Below, piece after piece: positions 1 to 10,029 of a stretch of DNA of 64,000 nucleotides; positions within the stretch are counted from its first letter, which is position 1, and each line of letters starts with the position of its first letter. Where the stretch lies: the IMG/VR virus record IMGVR_UViG_3300029922_000004. One strand, given 5' to 3'. The notes beneath the pieces are model-generated. The model saw only the letters and a list, made by a program, of their open reading frames with translations, ran no database searches and was not told where the DNA came from. This stretch comes from a virus. The position numbers were made by a program, and so were the translations under genes.

Positions 1-6
1 GCTCCT

Positions 7-3000
7 TTGATGAGAATGCATCAGGGAGACTCACAAGAAAAATGGTACATTTATAAATACTGCCTTGGATTCAATAGTTATGGGAGTTGCACTGGGTGCG
101 GTTATCAAAGCGGGTTGTATAACTGGACTGGATGGAAATTCGCCCCGGCGACATTAACAATTCCGCCGAAAAGTCTTATTTCAATTAATATGAACCCAAA
201 AATGGGTAGTGGGGAAATTTTAAATCGCGTATTGAATCTGGATAATTATCAGAATATAGATTCGAGTATAACTTCCCCTTATTTAAGCGCATATGATTCT
301 GGTGACGGGGTATTGACTTGCGATGCTTACGTAGGCCCCCCGCAACTTAATGGACAATCTACGATGCCGGGATTTGTTTTTTATCAAACGTTTGATAGCT
401 ATAATTTTCCAAACACAGGAACAAAAGCAGCCGTAAAAATAAGGGCTGCGGTTGAAAATTCCGATAGGAGTTTTACTATCTCGTCTATTGATTTGGCTTC
501 TGGATTAGACCCGACTAACCATCTCGTCGGTGGGGGTCACGCAAGCGCGAGCATCATTAAAGTTATCAATTCTTCTGGTCAGTCAGATGACGTTTTACAA
601 AGCTGTTTGACCATTGGAAATAATTTCGGCAATGTCGCCAGCGGGACTTCTTCACTAGAATCAAACGCGGGATTCTTATATACTGGCTATACTTATTACA
701 TTAGTGGAAATCCAGTCAATATCTTTGACTTAATGCAGTCTGACTCTTCTACTGTCGGTTCTAAATATTCTCAACTAAAATACGTCGGTGGATATGCAAG
801 CGGTGTTACTAATTTTTCAATCAGCGACCAATATGCCTTTATAGTCACCGGCGATACTCAAACTGGTATAAACTACACAGGTAAATTATTTTATTATTCT
901 TATTTTAATGATGGGGTTTTGGGAGCTATGAATACAGGATGGACGGGAAATTTTGCTCCGATTCCAGATGTAGTCGCTAATAATTTACCATACTTCAATC
1001 CTAATTATACGACCCAGCCTGTAGAGAACTATTTACCGCGATATTCAACTGGACCATATCTAACTTATAATAATAAATTCTTATATCCTAATGCCAACTT
1101 TTTCGCTAATTTATACGACTCTAATACTAATGGATTCCCAGTGTCGGTCAATTATGTTATCACTATTAAAGAGGAGACTGTAAGAGAAATTTGTTTGACT
1201 TCTGGATTCGGCGGACAGGTCAATAATAGTTATGTAGTTAGAGCGTCTGCTGCAAGTAATCCGTCTGGCATAGGTACTTTAATGGCTACACCGTTTATTC
1301 CCAACGATTCACTTTATACATATACTTACGATTTTACGCGAAACCAGACGCTTTATCCTGAAAATGGAAATTTTATAAATGAGGCTAATCTAGGAGTGAA
1401 TTTAGTTAATAAAAACTACGTTCCTGATACTAATGGCTGTCCTCAAACAAATGTCAATTCTACACAATATAATTCTAATAATTTATTGTTTAACGCGGGA
1501 GTAAGATATACTGGCCAATTGATAGCTCGAAATATCTATACTGGTACTGCTGGTCAAACCGTAACAGTCAGTGTTTCGGAACCGATAGGCAATGGATTAT
1601 ATTGGGGATATAACGGCTCGCAGATTAGCGGTACTCTTTTATACGCGCCGCCAGTATTCGATTTAGAGACCTACTCTATTAGTCCTTCTAATAATTTGAA
1701 TACTTCGATGATTTTGAACAACATGTATTTAACTAGCCCCGTTTTTTCCAATAATGGTTCTATTAGATATGGCAGTCTTTATGACGGGAACGGAAACTAT
1801 AATGGAAAAGACCCTATATTTTACCAGTATGTCGGGGGGAGAAGCGGAACCAACTCTCAATCCGAGGGGGGTTATCATAGCAGTGGGATAATTGGTGACG
1901 CTTGGTATAACTTTAATGATGTAAATTGGGGTAATAATTATTATTACTGCAATGATGGGAGAAGTTATGTTCGTTGGCCAGAAAGCGACCAGTCTTTATT
2001 TTTAACAGCATTAACTTCTGGCGGGTTAAATGTATTTGCTAGGAACATGAATTATTATCCTTACTACCTTAATTGGAAGTATAATCCATATACTCTAAGC
2101 ACTCTCCCGACGTATCCGGGGGTATCTGTCACGCCAAGAAAGCTTGGAAGCCAATATTTCTTTGATTTTAACCTAAAAAATAACTTTCCTTTACAAACTG
2201 GGATTGGTGCCGGACTTAACATCGGTCCATTTGATAGGGATATTGAGTTGTGTATTACGGGGCAAAATTCCATAATTCCTAGTGGATACCTGATTATAGA
2301 TGGGGAAATATTAACAGACCCGTCTGCCAATGGGGATGGTTGCGCCTCTAATAACGTGGAGGGCTTTAAAATTAATAGTGGGATAATCCCCAATCAGGGA
2401 AACAGGAATGTCTTTACTACTTTCAAGTTAGTACCATCTGGAAGTATTAGTAATATTAACATATCTGGAACTGGAGTAATTGGTTTGAATTATAACTCTA
2501 TAGTAACTATCAGGCCAAGAACATGTTTCGGCGCGGTTGATTATAGCGCAATTCCTTCGGATTCCCTTCTGTCGGGCGATGTCGGCGTGATGGACAATTT
2601 CTTGTATATTACTAACGGCACAGAAAGCTTGTTTAATTTTCCGATGACTAATAATATTAGTTCGTTAGTTGGCTCAAAAATTGCCTTAACTACTGTTCCG
2701 CGAATAGAGGTTTTGTTTCCGGTGCCGGGGAGTGATTTTGATACGATTCTTAATCCCACGATTGATTCTTTCGGTAATAAGACTTATAGACAAGCTAATC
2801 CCACCCAATATTATTGGTCTCAAAAAACTCCGGGCGCAATGTATAGCGGATTACGAGAAACTACGCGAGTTTATCTTCATATTGACTCCCTATCGGCAAA
2901 CATAGGACAGACACCATACCAAGCCTACCAAACCATTATTCCATCGGGTTCATGCACTATTAGCGGAACTTTTGCTTATACTGGTCAGGCTGAGAGTTCA

Positions 3001-3603
3001 ATATTGACTGACGGAATAGTTTTGTCGGGAATATCAGGAGCGAGTTCACTGACTGGAATATTTACCCCAATTTACGTTTCTGACGTAATGCAAAGATTAC
3101 CGAGCGGGATAGAAGTTCTGCCTTCAGGAAGTGGTATAAGTCCGGTGTTATCTGCGCCGTCTTATATGAAGAAGAGGAAGAATTATTTTCAAATTACGGG
3201 CGGGGACGCTTATATAGAGACCTCACCTGTTCCTACTGGATTTTCGTATTACTACAACGCCTTCTTATGGCCAGCGTGGAGCGATTTAGCCCTGTTAAAT
3301 CCTAATATAGTATATGAGGCGATGCCGCCGGACGACGGGAATACTTTTTTGGGTAGTTATCTAACTTTTAGTGCGTGTCAAGGGCAAAATGTGGGAACAG
3401 GTTATAATCCTATTGAGAATGTAACTTATGGAGTTACTAGTCAGTGGGCGTTTTTGGATGGTATTTCAACTAATGCTCTTTATAATACGGGTAAGTGTAT
3501 ATTTTCGGGAGCGGCGGGGCAGACTACTTTAACCAGTGGAAATCTTTCGGGAATATTAACGGCACAGGGAAATTCGTTGACGATGGCTATTAATTTAAGA
3601 TAA
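7..3603 (+). CDS. Large G/N/S/Y-rich virion/tail-associated protein, probably 5'-partial
   Basis: 1198-aa ORF, frame open to the window edge; beta-rich low-charge composition typical of tail/adhesin proteins; no catalytic motif recognised. Confidence 0.55.
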   Translation: MMRMHQGDSQEKWYIYKYCLGFNSYGSCTGCGYQSGLYNWTGWKFAPATLTIPPKSLISINMNPKMGSGEILNRVLNLDNYQNIDSSITSPYLSAYDSGDGVLTCDAYVGPPQLNGQSTMPGFVFYQTFDSYNFPNTGTKAAVKIRAAVENSDRSFTISSIDLASGLDPTNHLVGGGHASASIIKVINSSGQSDDVLQSCLTIGNNFGNVASGTSSLESNAGFLYTGYTYYISGNPVNIFDLMQSDSSTVGSKYSQLKYVGGYASGVTNFSISDQYAFIVTGDTQTGINYTGKLFYYSYFNDGVLGAMNTGWTGNFAPIPDVVANNLPYFNPNYTTQPVENYLPRYSTGPYLTYNNKFLYPNANFFANLYDSNTNGFPVSVNYVITIKEETVREICLTSGFGGQVNNSYVVRASAASNPSGIGTLMATPFIPNDSLYTYTYDFTRNQTLYPENGNFINEANLGVNLVNKNYVPDTNGCPQTNVNSTQYNSNNLLFNAGVRYTGQLIARNIYTGTAGQTVTVSVSEPIGNGLYWGYNGSQISGTLLYAPPVFDLETYSISPSNNLNTSMILNNMYLTSPVFSNNGSIRYGSLYDGNGNYNGKDPIFYQYVGGRSGTNSQSEGGYHSSGIIGDAWYNFNDVNWGNNYYYCNDGRSYVRWPESDQSLFLTALTSGGLNVFARNMNYYPYYLNWKYNPYTLSTLPTYPGVSVTPRKLGSQYFFDFNLKNNFPLQTGIGAGLNIGPFDRDIELCITGQNSIIPSGYLIIDGEILTDPSANGDGCASNNVEGFKINSGIIPNQGNRNVFTTFKLVPSGSISNINISGTGVIGLNYNSIVTIRPRTCFGAVDYSAIPSDSLLSGDVGVMDNFLYITNGTESLFNFPMTNNISSLVGSKIALTTVPRIEVLFPVPGSDFDTILNPTIDSFGNKTYRQANPTQYYWSQKTPGAMYSGLRETTRVYLHIDSLSANIGQTPYQAYQTIIPSGSCTISGTFAYTGQAESSILTDGIVLSGISGASSLTGIFTPIYVSDVMQRLPSGIEVLPSGSGISPVLSAPSYMKKRKNYFQITGGDAYIETSPVPTGFSYYYNAFLWPAWSDLALLNPNIVYEAMPPDDGNTFLGSYLTFSACQGQNVGTGYNPIENVTYGVTSQWAFLDGISTNALYNTGKCIFSGAAGQTTLTSGNLSGILTAQGNSLTMAINLR

Positions 3604-3910
3604 CTTCTCCCTTGATAATTGTAAAATGAGCGGGGCAAGATTTTTCTTTTCTTGATACGGGATGGTCTTTAATACTTGGCTCAATCGAAACTAAGTCATA
3701 AGCATTTAAAGCATTTCCCTCTGGAGGGAAGGTCCACTTCCAGACCGCTAAAAGCGGTTGTGCTTGTTCGTTTAACAGGGCATGGATAGCGATAAGTTTC
3801 CCACAAACGGGACAGTCAAAAGCGATAGTATGACAACGATTTAAAGGTTCGGGTAAAAGATTATTAGTCCAGCCGCCGAGAATAGATGGATTTAATTGAG
3901 AAAATTTCAT
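3590..3910 (-). CDS. Small Cys/His protein (DUF6527-like)
   Basis: CPVCG ... SIEPSI ... CPAHFTIIKGEV pattern; overlaps neighbours in an operon. Confidence 0.5.
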   Translation of the reverse strand: MKFSQLNPSILGGWTNNLLPEPLNRCHTIAFDCPVCGKLIAIHALLNEQAQPLLAVWKWTFPPEGNALNAYDLVSIEPSIKDHPVSRKEKSCPAHFTIIKGEVILN

Positions 3911-4140
3911 TTAATTGGTTTTCCCGTCTCCCAATCCAGTTCTCTTCCTTTGGAGTCATAATAATATTCTGGATATGCTTTTTGACCGCATTTTTCATGC
4001 CAAGGACAATCCATATGAATTTCGGAGGTTTGTTTGGGGACATATTCTTCAAGATATTCTCGCTCGAATAGTGAAGTTCGAGGACACCCTTTATGAAGGC
4101 AACGTATTTTTACAAAGTTTTTTCTCCAATTATTTTTCAT
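3907..4140 (-). CDS. Hypothetical protein
   Basis: 77-aa ORF coupled to the dnaE-C stop and the next gene. Confidence 0.55.
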   Translation of the reverse strand: MKNNWRKNFVKIRCLHKGCPRTSLFEREYLEEYVPKQTSEIHMDCPWHEKCGQKAYPEYYYDSKGRELDWETGKPIK

Positions 4141-4142
4141 AA

Positions 4143-5363
4143 TTATTTAATATCCTTAAGGTCACTTAATTTGTCGTAGATTGAATTTTGTTGCGAGGCC
4201 ACTGAATCCGCGAATAAACTATCATCGGCTGTTTTTGACCCGCTTACTATAACTACCGAACCTTCGGGCGGAATACCGTTATTCATCGTTTTACAATCTT
4301 CTAGCTTATTAGGACGCCATTTGGTTTCCTTAGTGTTTTCGCCGAGGCCGAATAACATCACCTTTATAGACCCGCTTTCGTCGGAGATTTGAAAATTCGC
4401 GTAGGGAGTTCCGGCTTTGGACTTGGTAACTTTAACTTCGTCAATCTTGCCGATGAAGTCGCAGTGGTTCTTTTCTTCTAGTTTTTTCACTTCGGAGATT
4501 GGAATTAGGGTGGACTTTTTGTGGAGGAAGATGTCGCGGAGTTTTTTGCCGGTATTGTAACCGAGGAGTTTTTCGGAATAAAAATAATTTGCAAAATCAA
4601 GGCTAATTTTGTTTTTGTTATAAATTTCCTTGTATTTTTGTGAATTCCGCTTAATTGTTTCAAAACGAGAAGGTTTAATCAAAGGTTTGCCCTTTTCATC
4701 CTTGACTACTTCTACTAATGCTTTAACTGTCTTGGCTACATTGTCTTCGTAGTTTTTGGCGTATTTGGCGACGTTGAGTTTTTCATGGTCTTTTAAAAGA
4801 TTCCAAAGTTGAGCTTCGTAGACGAGTAGGACGCGATTCTTACCGAGAGAGTCTAAACATCCCGCCTGAATGATTGCGCTGATTATCCCAATACCTAAAC
4901 CCGCTTTTTTGGCGGAAGAGAATAACTCAAATTTACTAGCATATTGACGTTGGAAATTATTGAATTTTTCCATTGTTTTTTCGCTGATACCCTTGATAGA
5001 CGCCAGACCGAAACGAATATTCTTATCTTCAATTGCGAAGTCCATGCCGGATAAAGTCAAACTCGGCGGAAGTAATTCCACCCCAAAAGACGACATCTCT
5101 TTATGAATTTTAGAAATTTCGCCAATCGGGTCAGGCTCATTGCGAGTCATTTTTAATAGAGAAAGATAGAATTGAGTTGGATAATTGAACTTGAGGTAAA
5201 CGGTTTGAGCGGTAAGGATAGAATATGCAAAAGAATGGCTATTGCTAGTCACCATGCCTTCAGCATAGAAGTTATGGTCTTTGTGGTCAACTTCTAAATC
5301 AATTGTAGGCTTAACCCCAATCGGTTTGATAGAAATGATTTTTTGTTTTTTTACAGTTTTCAT
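4143..5363 (-). CDS. dnaE: DNA polymerase III alpha, C-terminal part, with N-terminal C-intein
   Basis: Begins with a 41-aa IntC ending HNFYAEGMVTSN, then SHSFAYS; LLPP, IRFGLASIKG HhH and OB-fold motifs. Confidence 0.92.
   Translation of the reverse strand: MKTVKKQKIISIKPIGVKPTIDLEVDHKDHNFYAEGMVTSNSHSFAYSILTAQTVYLKFNYPTQFYLSLLKMTRNEPDPIGEISKIHKEMSSFGVELLPPSLTLSGMDFAIEDKNIRFGLASIKGISEKTMEKFNNFQRQYASKFELFSSAKKAGLGIGIISAIIQAGCLDSLGKNRVLLVYEAQLWNLLKDHEKLNVAKYAKNYEDNVAKTVKALVEVVKDEKGKPLIKPSRFETIKRNSQKYKEIYNKNKISLDFANYFYSEKLLGYNTGKKLRDIFLHKKSTLIPISEVKKLEEKNHCDFIGKIDEVKVTKSKAGTPYANFQISDESGSIKVMLFGLGENTKETKWRPNKLEDCKTMNNGIPPEGSVVIVSGSKTADDSLFADSVASQQNSIYDKLSDLKDIK
5241..5363 (-). other. Split intein C-fragment (IntC, 41 aa)
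   Basis: TIDLEV block F, HNFYAEG, terminal Asn followed by +1 Ser. Confidence 0.9.
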
Positions 5364-5371
5364 AAATTTAT

Positions 5372-5377
5372 GTGTAA
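5372..5377 (+). promoter_or_regulatory. GTGTAA box (putative late promoter), representative of about 14 copies
   Basis: GTGTAA ends 11 nt before the ATG at 5388; same motif recurs at similar spacing before many starts. Confidence 0.6.
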
Positions 5378-5387
5378 TATATATTGA

Positions 5388-6236
5388 ATGAATAACATTA
5401 TTGATTTAATAGGCCAAGATAAAGAAATAACCACACTAACAGATATCGTATATCATACGTTCCCGTTAAAGGATTTTGGTTCTTTAAGAGAGATTCGGGC
5501 TTTTTTACATAAAAATGGAGGTATTTATTCTTGGTTTGATTCAGAGACGCGAAAAATATACATAGGCAGCAGTAAAAATTTATGGAGACGATTTCTTTCA
5601 TATAAAAATTCCTTCTTTTATGGTAAAACAAAAAGAGTAAATATTAAATTGCTTCATAGGGTTGAAAAAGTAGGAATTAAAAATATCAAATTCTTTGTAT
5701 TGGAGCTTTTTAATAAAGAAGAGCTAGAACTTAGAAAACTAGAGCAGGAATATCTTGATAAATGTCTACCATTTGGTAAAAATGGATTTAATATACGTAA
5801 AAGCACCATTGTATATAAACCCAAACTCTTACCACAAGAAGTAATTGATAAGATAATCGAAACCCACACTGGGGAAAATTCTTCAAATGCTATCTTGACT
5901 AATGATGCCGTTTTATTAATAAAAAAACAATTAATTAGCGGCGTAAAACTTAAACCCATCTCCAAAGAATTTAAAGTATCAACTACGGTCATTAGTAATA
6001 TCAAAAGAGGCCTTACTTGGTCGCATATAAAATTATCCGAAAAAGAAGAAGAGCAATTAAAATTACTCGTCGAGCGCGATAAACGGCTCAATCTTCCACG
6101 CGAACTCATAAAATCCATTAAACGAGACATAAAATCTGGTATAAAAATGAATTTACTTGCTAAAAAATATAATTTAGGATACACTTGTATAACTGGTTTA
6201 AAATATGGTTCTTTTTATAAAGAAATCAATCCGTAA
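5388..6236 (+). CDS. Free-standing GIY-YIG homing endonuclease, antisense between the dnaE halves
   Basis: GGIYSW...IYIGSSKNLWRRF motif, conserved E and N, C-terminal HTH-like repeats. Confidence 0.9.
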   Translation: MNNIIDLIGQDKEITTLTDIVYHTFPLKDFGSLREIRAFLHKNGGIYSWFDSETRKIYIGSSKNLWRRFLSYKNSFFYGKTKRVNIKLLHRVEKVGIKNIKFFVLELFNKEELELRKLEQEYLDKCLPFGKNGFNIRKSTIVYKPKLLPQEVIDKIIETHTGENSSNAILTNDAVLLIKKQLISGVKLKPISKEFKVSTTVISNIKRGLTWSHIKLSEKEEEQLKLLVERDKRLNLPRELIKSIKRDIKSGIKMNLLAKKYNLGYTCITGLKYGSFYKEINP

Positions 6237-8046
6237 GTATTCTATATTGTTTTTCTATAATTTCTTTTAAGGGGCGCATAACTTTATCTTCGCATAATAA
6301 TTTATGTTCTAATGAGACGCGCAAGGTTCGTCCATCCTCGATGGTTATTTCATAAAGTTCTTTACTGCCAGCGATGACATCTATAACCTCTACAAAATGA
6401 TTTAGGTCATTTGTTACGTTATAAGCTTTGACTTTATCGCCGACTTTAACGTCTTTCAGCATAATCTTCCCCCTCGTTTCTTCCTGAACCGTCTCTTCTT
6501 CAAAGGCGCATTTATTGAAACTGTATCCGCCGCTATCCTCAATAATTCGCCAAAAAACCTCTCCTACATCTTGTGGTAATTTATTTTCAATAATTTTATC
6601 CTGAATCTTCTTTTCCCAAGACTTAATCTTTTCTAGGTCCTTTTTTCCAATTGCGCGTCGAAGCTGCTCTGATTCGTCAAGCGTAAAACCAATCTTATTA
6701 GCCATTTTAAGAGCCTGTTCTTGATAAAGGCATAAATTTCCGGTCTCGTGCAGAACGTCATCAAAAAATGGATGAATGGAATCAACAACCCCAGTATTAG
6801 AATATGTTGCAAATTTTTCTGTAAACTGAAGCGCTCCGGGTCTGGCTATAGCAAGAACGGCGCTTATTTCTCCTAAATTTTTTGGTTTAACTTTTTGTGT
6901 GACATTGTATCCTACCAAGGTTTCAATTTGGAACAGTCCATGAGGACTCTTTAAATCCTGCAAAGCCCTATAAATAGACAAATCATTAACATTAATGTCT
7001 GTTGGTTTGATACCAAGAGATTTGCAACAGTCCTCAATAACAGATACGCTTCTTAACCCAAGAACATCTAATTTTACTGCGAAAGACGCTACATCATTCA
7101 TACTATAACTTGATACCAAATCTTTATCGGAAGATAATTGGGTGGGGCAACAATCTTCAAGTAAATCAAATGAAATCAATAGGCCCGAAGGGTGTACTCC
7201 GAAATTCTTATTTAAATTATTTAATTTAAGTGAAGTTTCATATATTAAGGGATTTTTATCGCACCATTCTTTGAGTTCGGGAACGGGTTTGACCTTCCAT
7301 TCCCCATTCTTGTCCTTCAAGCCGTTGACTGCATCAGTAATCTCTTCAACGATTCCGTGAGATTTGGGAATCATGCTAGTCACCATAGTCATTTCGTCTT
7401 CGGCCTTCATCCCCAAGACTTTACCAACCTCTTTAATTAGTAGTTTAGAAGAAAGGGTATTTAAGGTGAGAATTTTGCAGGTTCGACCAAGATATTTAGT
7501 TTCAATATACTTTAAAACTTCGCCTCTTCGATAGAATTCGGCGTCAAAATCCACGTCAGGCGTCAGAGTTCCATCAAGGTATGTCACTCCGTCAATAATG
7601 GTTTTTTTGGCTCTGCTTTTTGATACAAATCTCTCGAAGTAGAGACCATGCTTAATGGAGTCGATTTTAGTTACCCCTATAAGGAATAATACCAAACTTC
7701 CAGCGGCAGAACCTCTGCCCGGACCTGTTGAAATATTATTTTCGTGGCAGAAGTTCAAAACATCCCATACTAATAGAATGTAATCTGTAAATCCCAATTC
7801 ATTCAAAGTATCCAATTCGTATTTTATTCTAGCAGTATATTCATCGTATTCTTTGGTTCCTTTTTTGAGATTTAGCGCGAGGAAGCCTTTTTTACATAAG
7901 GCACGGAGAAAGTCGAAATTGGAAGTTTCCTTGGGAAGATTGAGTTCTTTGAGATATTTTTCTTCCAGTTGAATAACTGGTAAGCGAACTCCCAAAACTG
8001 GGTTAGCAATGGGGGAAAATTGTGATATGAAATCGGCGGGATTCAT
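6226..8046 (-). CDS. dnaE: DNA polymerase III alpha, catalytic part (no PHP domain), with C-terminal N-intein
   Basis: GPGRGSAAGSLV, PDVDFD, HPSG, KLDVLGL, YQEQ, GYSFNK followed by CAFEEE. Confidence 0.93.
   Translation of the reverse strand: MNPADFISQFSPIANPVLGVRLPVIQLEEKYLKELNLPKETSNFDFLRALCKKGFLALNLKKGTKEYDEYTARIKYELDTLNELGFTDYILLVWDVLNFCHENNISTGPGRGSAAGSLVLFLIGVTKIDSIKHGLYFERFVSKSRAKKTIIDGVTYLDGTLTPDVDFDAEFYRRGEVLKYIETKYLGRTCKILTLNTLSSKLLIKEVGKVLGMKAEDEMTMVTSMIPKSHGIVEEITDAVNGLKDKNGEWKVKPVPELKEWCDKNPLIYETSLKLNNLNKNFGVHPSGLLISFDLLEDCCPTQLSSDKDLVSSYSMNDVASFAVKLDVLGLRSVSVIEDCCKSLGIKPTDINVNDLSIYRALQDLKSPHGLFQIETLVGYNVTQKVKPKNLGEISAVLAIARPGALQFTEKFATYSNTGVVDSIHPFFDDVLHETGNLCLYQEQALKMANKIGFTLDESEQLRRAIGKKDLEKIKSWEKKIQDKIIENKLPQDVGEVFWRIIEDSGGYSFNKCAFEEETVQEETRGKIMLKDVKVGDKVKAYNVTNDLNHFVEVIDVIAGSKELYEITIEDGRTLRVSLEHKLLCEDKVMRPLKEIIEKQYRILTD
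6229..6510 (-). other. Split intein N-fragment (IntN, 94 aa)
   Basis: Cys1 (CAFEEETV), VKVGDKV, block B VSLEHKLL, ends at the stop codon. Confidence 0.9.
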
Positions 8047-8696
8047 TATTTTTCAATTTGGAACTTCATCTTATCAAAGATTTGCTTGTTGATTTTTAAA
8101 TCGTAAAGCGCGGAATGCATAAAATTCTCTTCGGCTGGGATTCCATATTCTTTGGCTAAAAGCGTTAGGTTTGTTTTAATTCCCTTAACTACTGAATTGC
8201 TAAGTCTATACTGGTATTCTAACCAATTATCTGTATCTGGACGATAAGGTTGATTAAGTTTTAATCCTTGGGCAATTGACTTGGTATCTATGATTTTATC
8301 CATTATCCATTTCCAATCTACACCCATCCATTCCGCATATCCTTTTAATAAATAGGCATCAAATCTAAGCAGATTATGACCCACCACAAAATCCGCCCAT
8401 TGTAATACCGGCCAGAACTTTTCAAAGGCGGTTTTGGGATTAATGCATTTTGCATCAAAGGTTTTTTGGTTAAATTGTGTAACTCGCGCCGCGCCTTCGC
8501 CAATTTTAAATTTGCAGTCTTCCCATTTTATGAAGACCTCGATTTCTTCTAAAATTTGCTCTCCTTCGACTTTTAGTACAGCAACAGACCACGGTCTATT
8601 GATTTGGAAATTTTGTGAAAGATTAAATGTCTCACAATCCAAATAACATATTTTAGCCTTTTTATTAAATCTTAGCCAATTTTCTTCTGATGCCAT
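8046..8696 (-). CDS. DEDDh 3'-5' exonuclease (DnaQ-like)
   Basis: YLDCET, VGHNLLRFD, HSALYD motifs. Confidence 0.88.
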   Translation of the reverse strand: MASEENWLRFNKKAKICYLDCETFNLSQNFQINRPWSVAVLKVEGEQILEEIEVFIKWEDCKFKIGEGAARVTQFNQKTFDAKCINPKTAFEKFWPVLQWADFVVGHNLLRFDAYLLKGYAEWMGVDWKWIMDKIIDTKSIAQGLKLNQPYRPDTDNWLEYQYRLSNSVVKGIKTNLTLLAKEYGIPAEENFMHSALYDLKINKQIFDKMKFQIEK

Positions 8697-8701
8697 ATTT
8701 G

Positions 8702-8731
8702 ATTATAAACTACTTTTCCGAAAACGTCAAG
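8702..8731 (-). promoter_or_regulatory. Sigma70-type promoter
   Basis: cTTGACG-17-TATAAT with TTTTCGGAAAA in the spacer. Confidence 0.75.
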
Positions 8732-9188
8732 GGAATATATCAACTTTGAGACAAAATGGCTCAAGAACTTCGCGGCTAATCGCATAACCCTCAGCCGTCC
8801 AAAACTTATTATTTATTGTTTTAATCTTGTATTTGTTACTTGCAATCAATTTTTCGAGTTCGCCGCATAGGGTTTCGGGGCTGAACCAAAAGTAAACCTT
8901 ATTTCGGGGGAAGGAATACACAAAGTAATCCACCTTATCTTGGAGTGCGCGGAATGGACCGCCAAGTTTTCCGTGACTTAAAGTTTCCATGAAAAAGTTT
9001 TCCGTTCGTGACATTTCGTAATCGTCACTTTTGAGTTCGAGGCTTTTGCCGTCTTTAAGATGAAAATCAATCGCGCGGTCTTTACTTTTAACTGGCTCTA
9101 AATCCCTGTAGAATTCGCAAAAGAGCCGCTCGCCCTTGTCGCCGACGGCTAACTGGTCTTTCATATTGAAGGTTTTCTTGTATTGCAT
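8727..9188 (-). CDS. Hypothetical protein, possibly PD-(D/E)xK-like
   Basis: GERLF...IDF...LELKSD pattern. Confidence 0.55.
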   Translation of the reverse strand: MQYKKTFNMKDQLAVGDKGERLFCEFYRDLEPVKSKDRAIDFHLKDGKSLELKSDDYEMSRTENFFMETLSHGKLGGPFRALQDKVDYFVYSFPRNKVYFWFSPETLCGELEKLIASNKYKIKTINNKFWTAEGYAISREVLEPFCLKVDIFP

Positions 9189-9191
9189 AAA

Positions 9192-9620
9192 TCAGTAATG
9201 TATCATCGCAAATGTCGGTCTGTTATCTTCTAGGTTATCGAGAGCCATGTATATTAGCCAAGGCAAGTTTTCGACCATCTCCCCGCGCAGTTTACTTATG
9301 TCCGCGACTTTTATAATCTCAACAGGCTCGTCGGTTTTTGCTTTTACGTCAGTTAAACATCCGGTCGCAACGAAACAATCCACGCGAAATTCGGCGTTGT
9401 CCATCGCGGCGTAATAGAGCCATCTAATTTGGGCGTTGATATGAGATACTTCTTCGTCGAATTCGCGGGAAATACATTCTTCCGGCTCTTCACCCTCTTC
9501 CGTATGCCCTCCGCAACCATTTAGTTTTAGACGCTGCCAAGAGGGCCTATTTTTTCTAATTAGGAGGACGTTCTCATGGGTTTTGTCAAAGAGGAAACCG
9601 AGAGTATAGTAGGTTTTCAT
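9192..9620 (-). CDS. Nudix hydrolase
   Basis: GGHTEEGEEPEECISREFDEEV Nudix box. Confidence 0.85.
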   Translation of the reverse strand: MKTYYTLGFLFDKTHENVLLIRKNRPSWQRLKLNGCGGHTEEGEEPEECISREFDEEVSHINAQIRWLYYAAMDNAEFRVDCFVATGCLTDVKAKTDEPVEIIKVADISKLRGEMVENLPWLIYMALDNLEDNRPTFAMIHY

Positions 9621-9621
9621 T

Positions 9622-10029
9622 TTATGATTTTAATAAGTCTGGAGTTTCACAGATATTACCTAAAAGAGTAATGGGGTCTGGTAGCCCGACGCCAGAATAC
9701 TTATGTTGTTTAAATCTCTTGGTAAATCCCCGAAATCCCGTATGTTTATCGCACCAATCCACAAAATACACTACATCAAATCCAATTTCATCATTCCAAT
9801 CGTCATAGCATTTGACAGAAACGATATCACCCTCATAAATTTCTACCCCGTTTTTATCTTTTAATCCAGTAAATTGTTGGGGGTAATTTTCCCCGACTTC
9901 CAACGGCGCTCCATCAATATTCCATACGAATCCCATAGTAGGAACGTATTCGCAATAACGAAATCGTTTTTCTTCTGGAATCCAGACGCGGAATTTAATT
10001 GCTCGGTTAGATGATGGTTGGATTGTCAT
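9622..10029 (-). CDS. YopX-family protein
   Basis: IKFRVW, QFTGLKDKNGVEIYEGDIV, LGNICE. Confidence 0.85.
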   Translation of the reverse strand: MTIQPSSNRAIKFRVWIPEEKRFRYCEYVPTMGFVWNIDGAPLEVGENYPQQFTGLKDKNGVEIYEGDIVSVKCYDDWNDEIGFDVVYFVDWCDKHTGFRGFTKRFKQHKYSGVGLPDPITLLGNICETPDLLKS

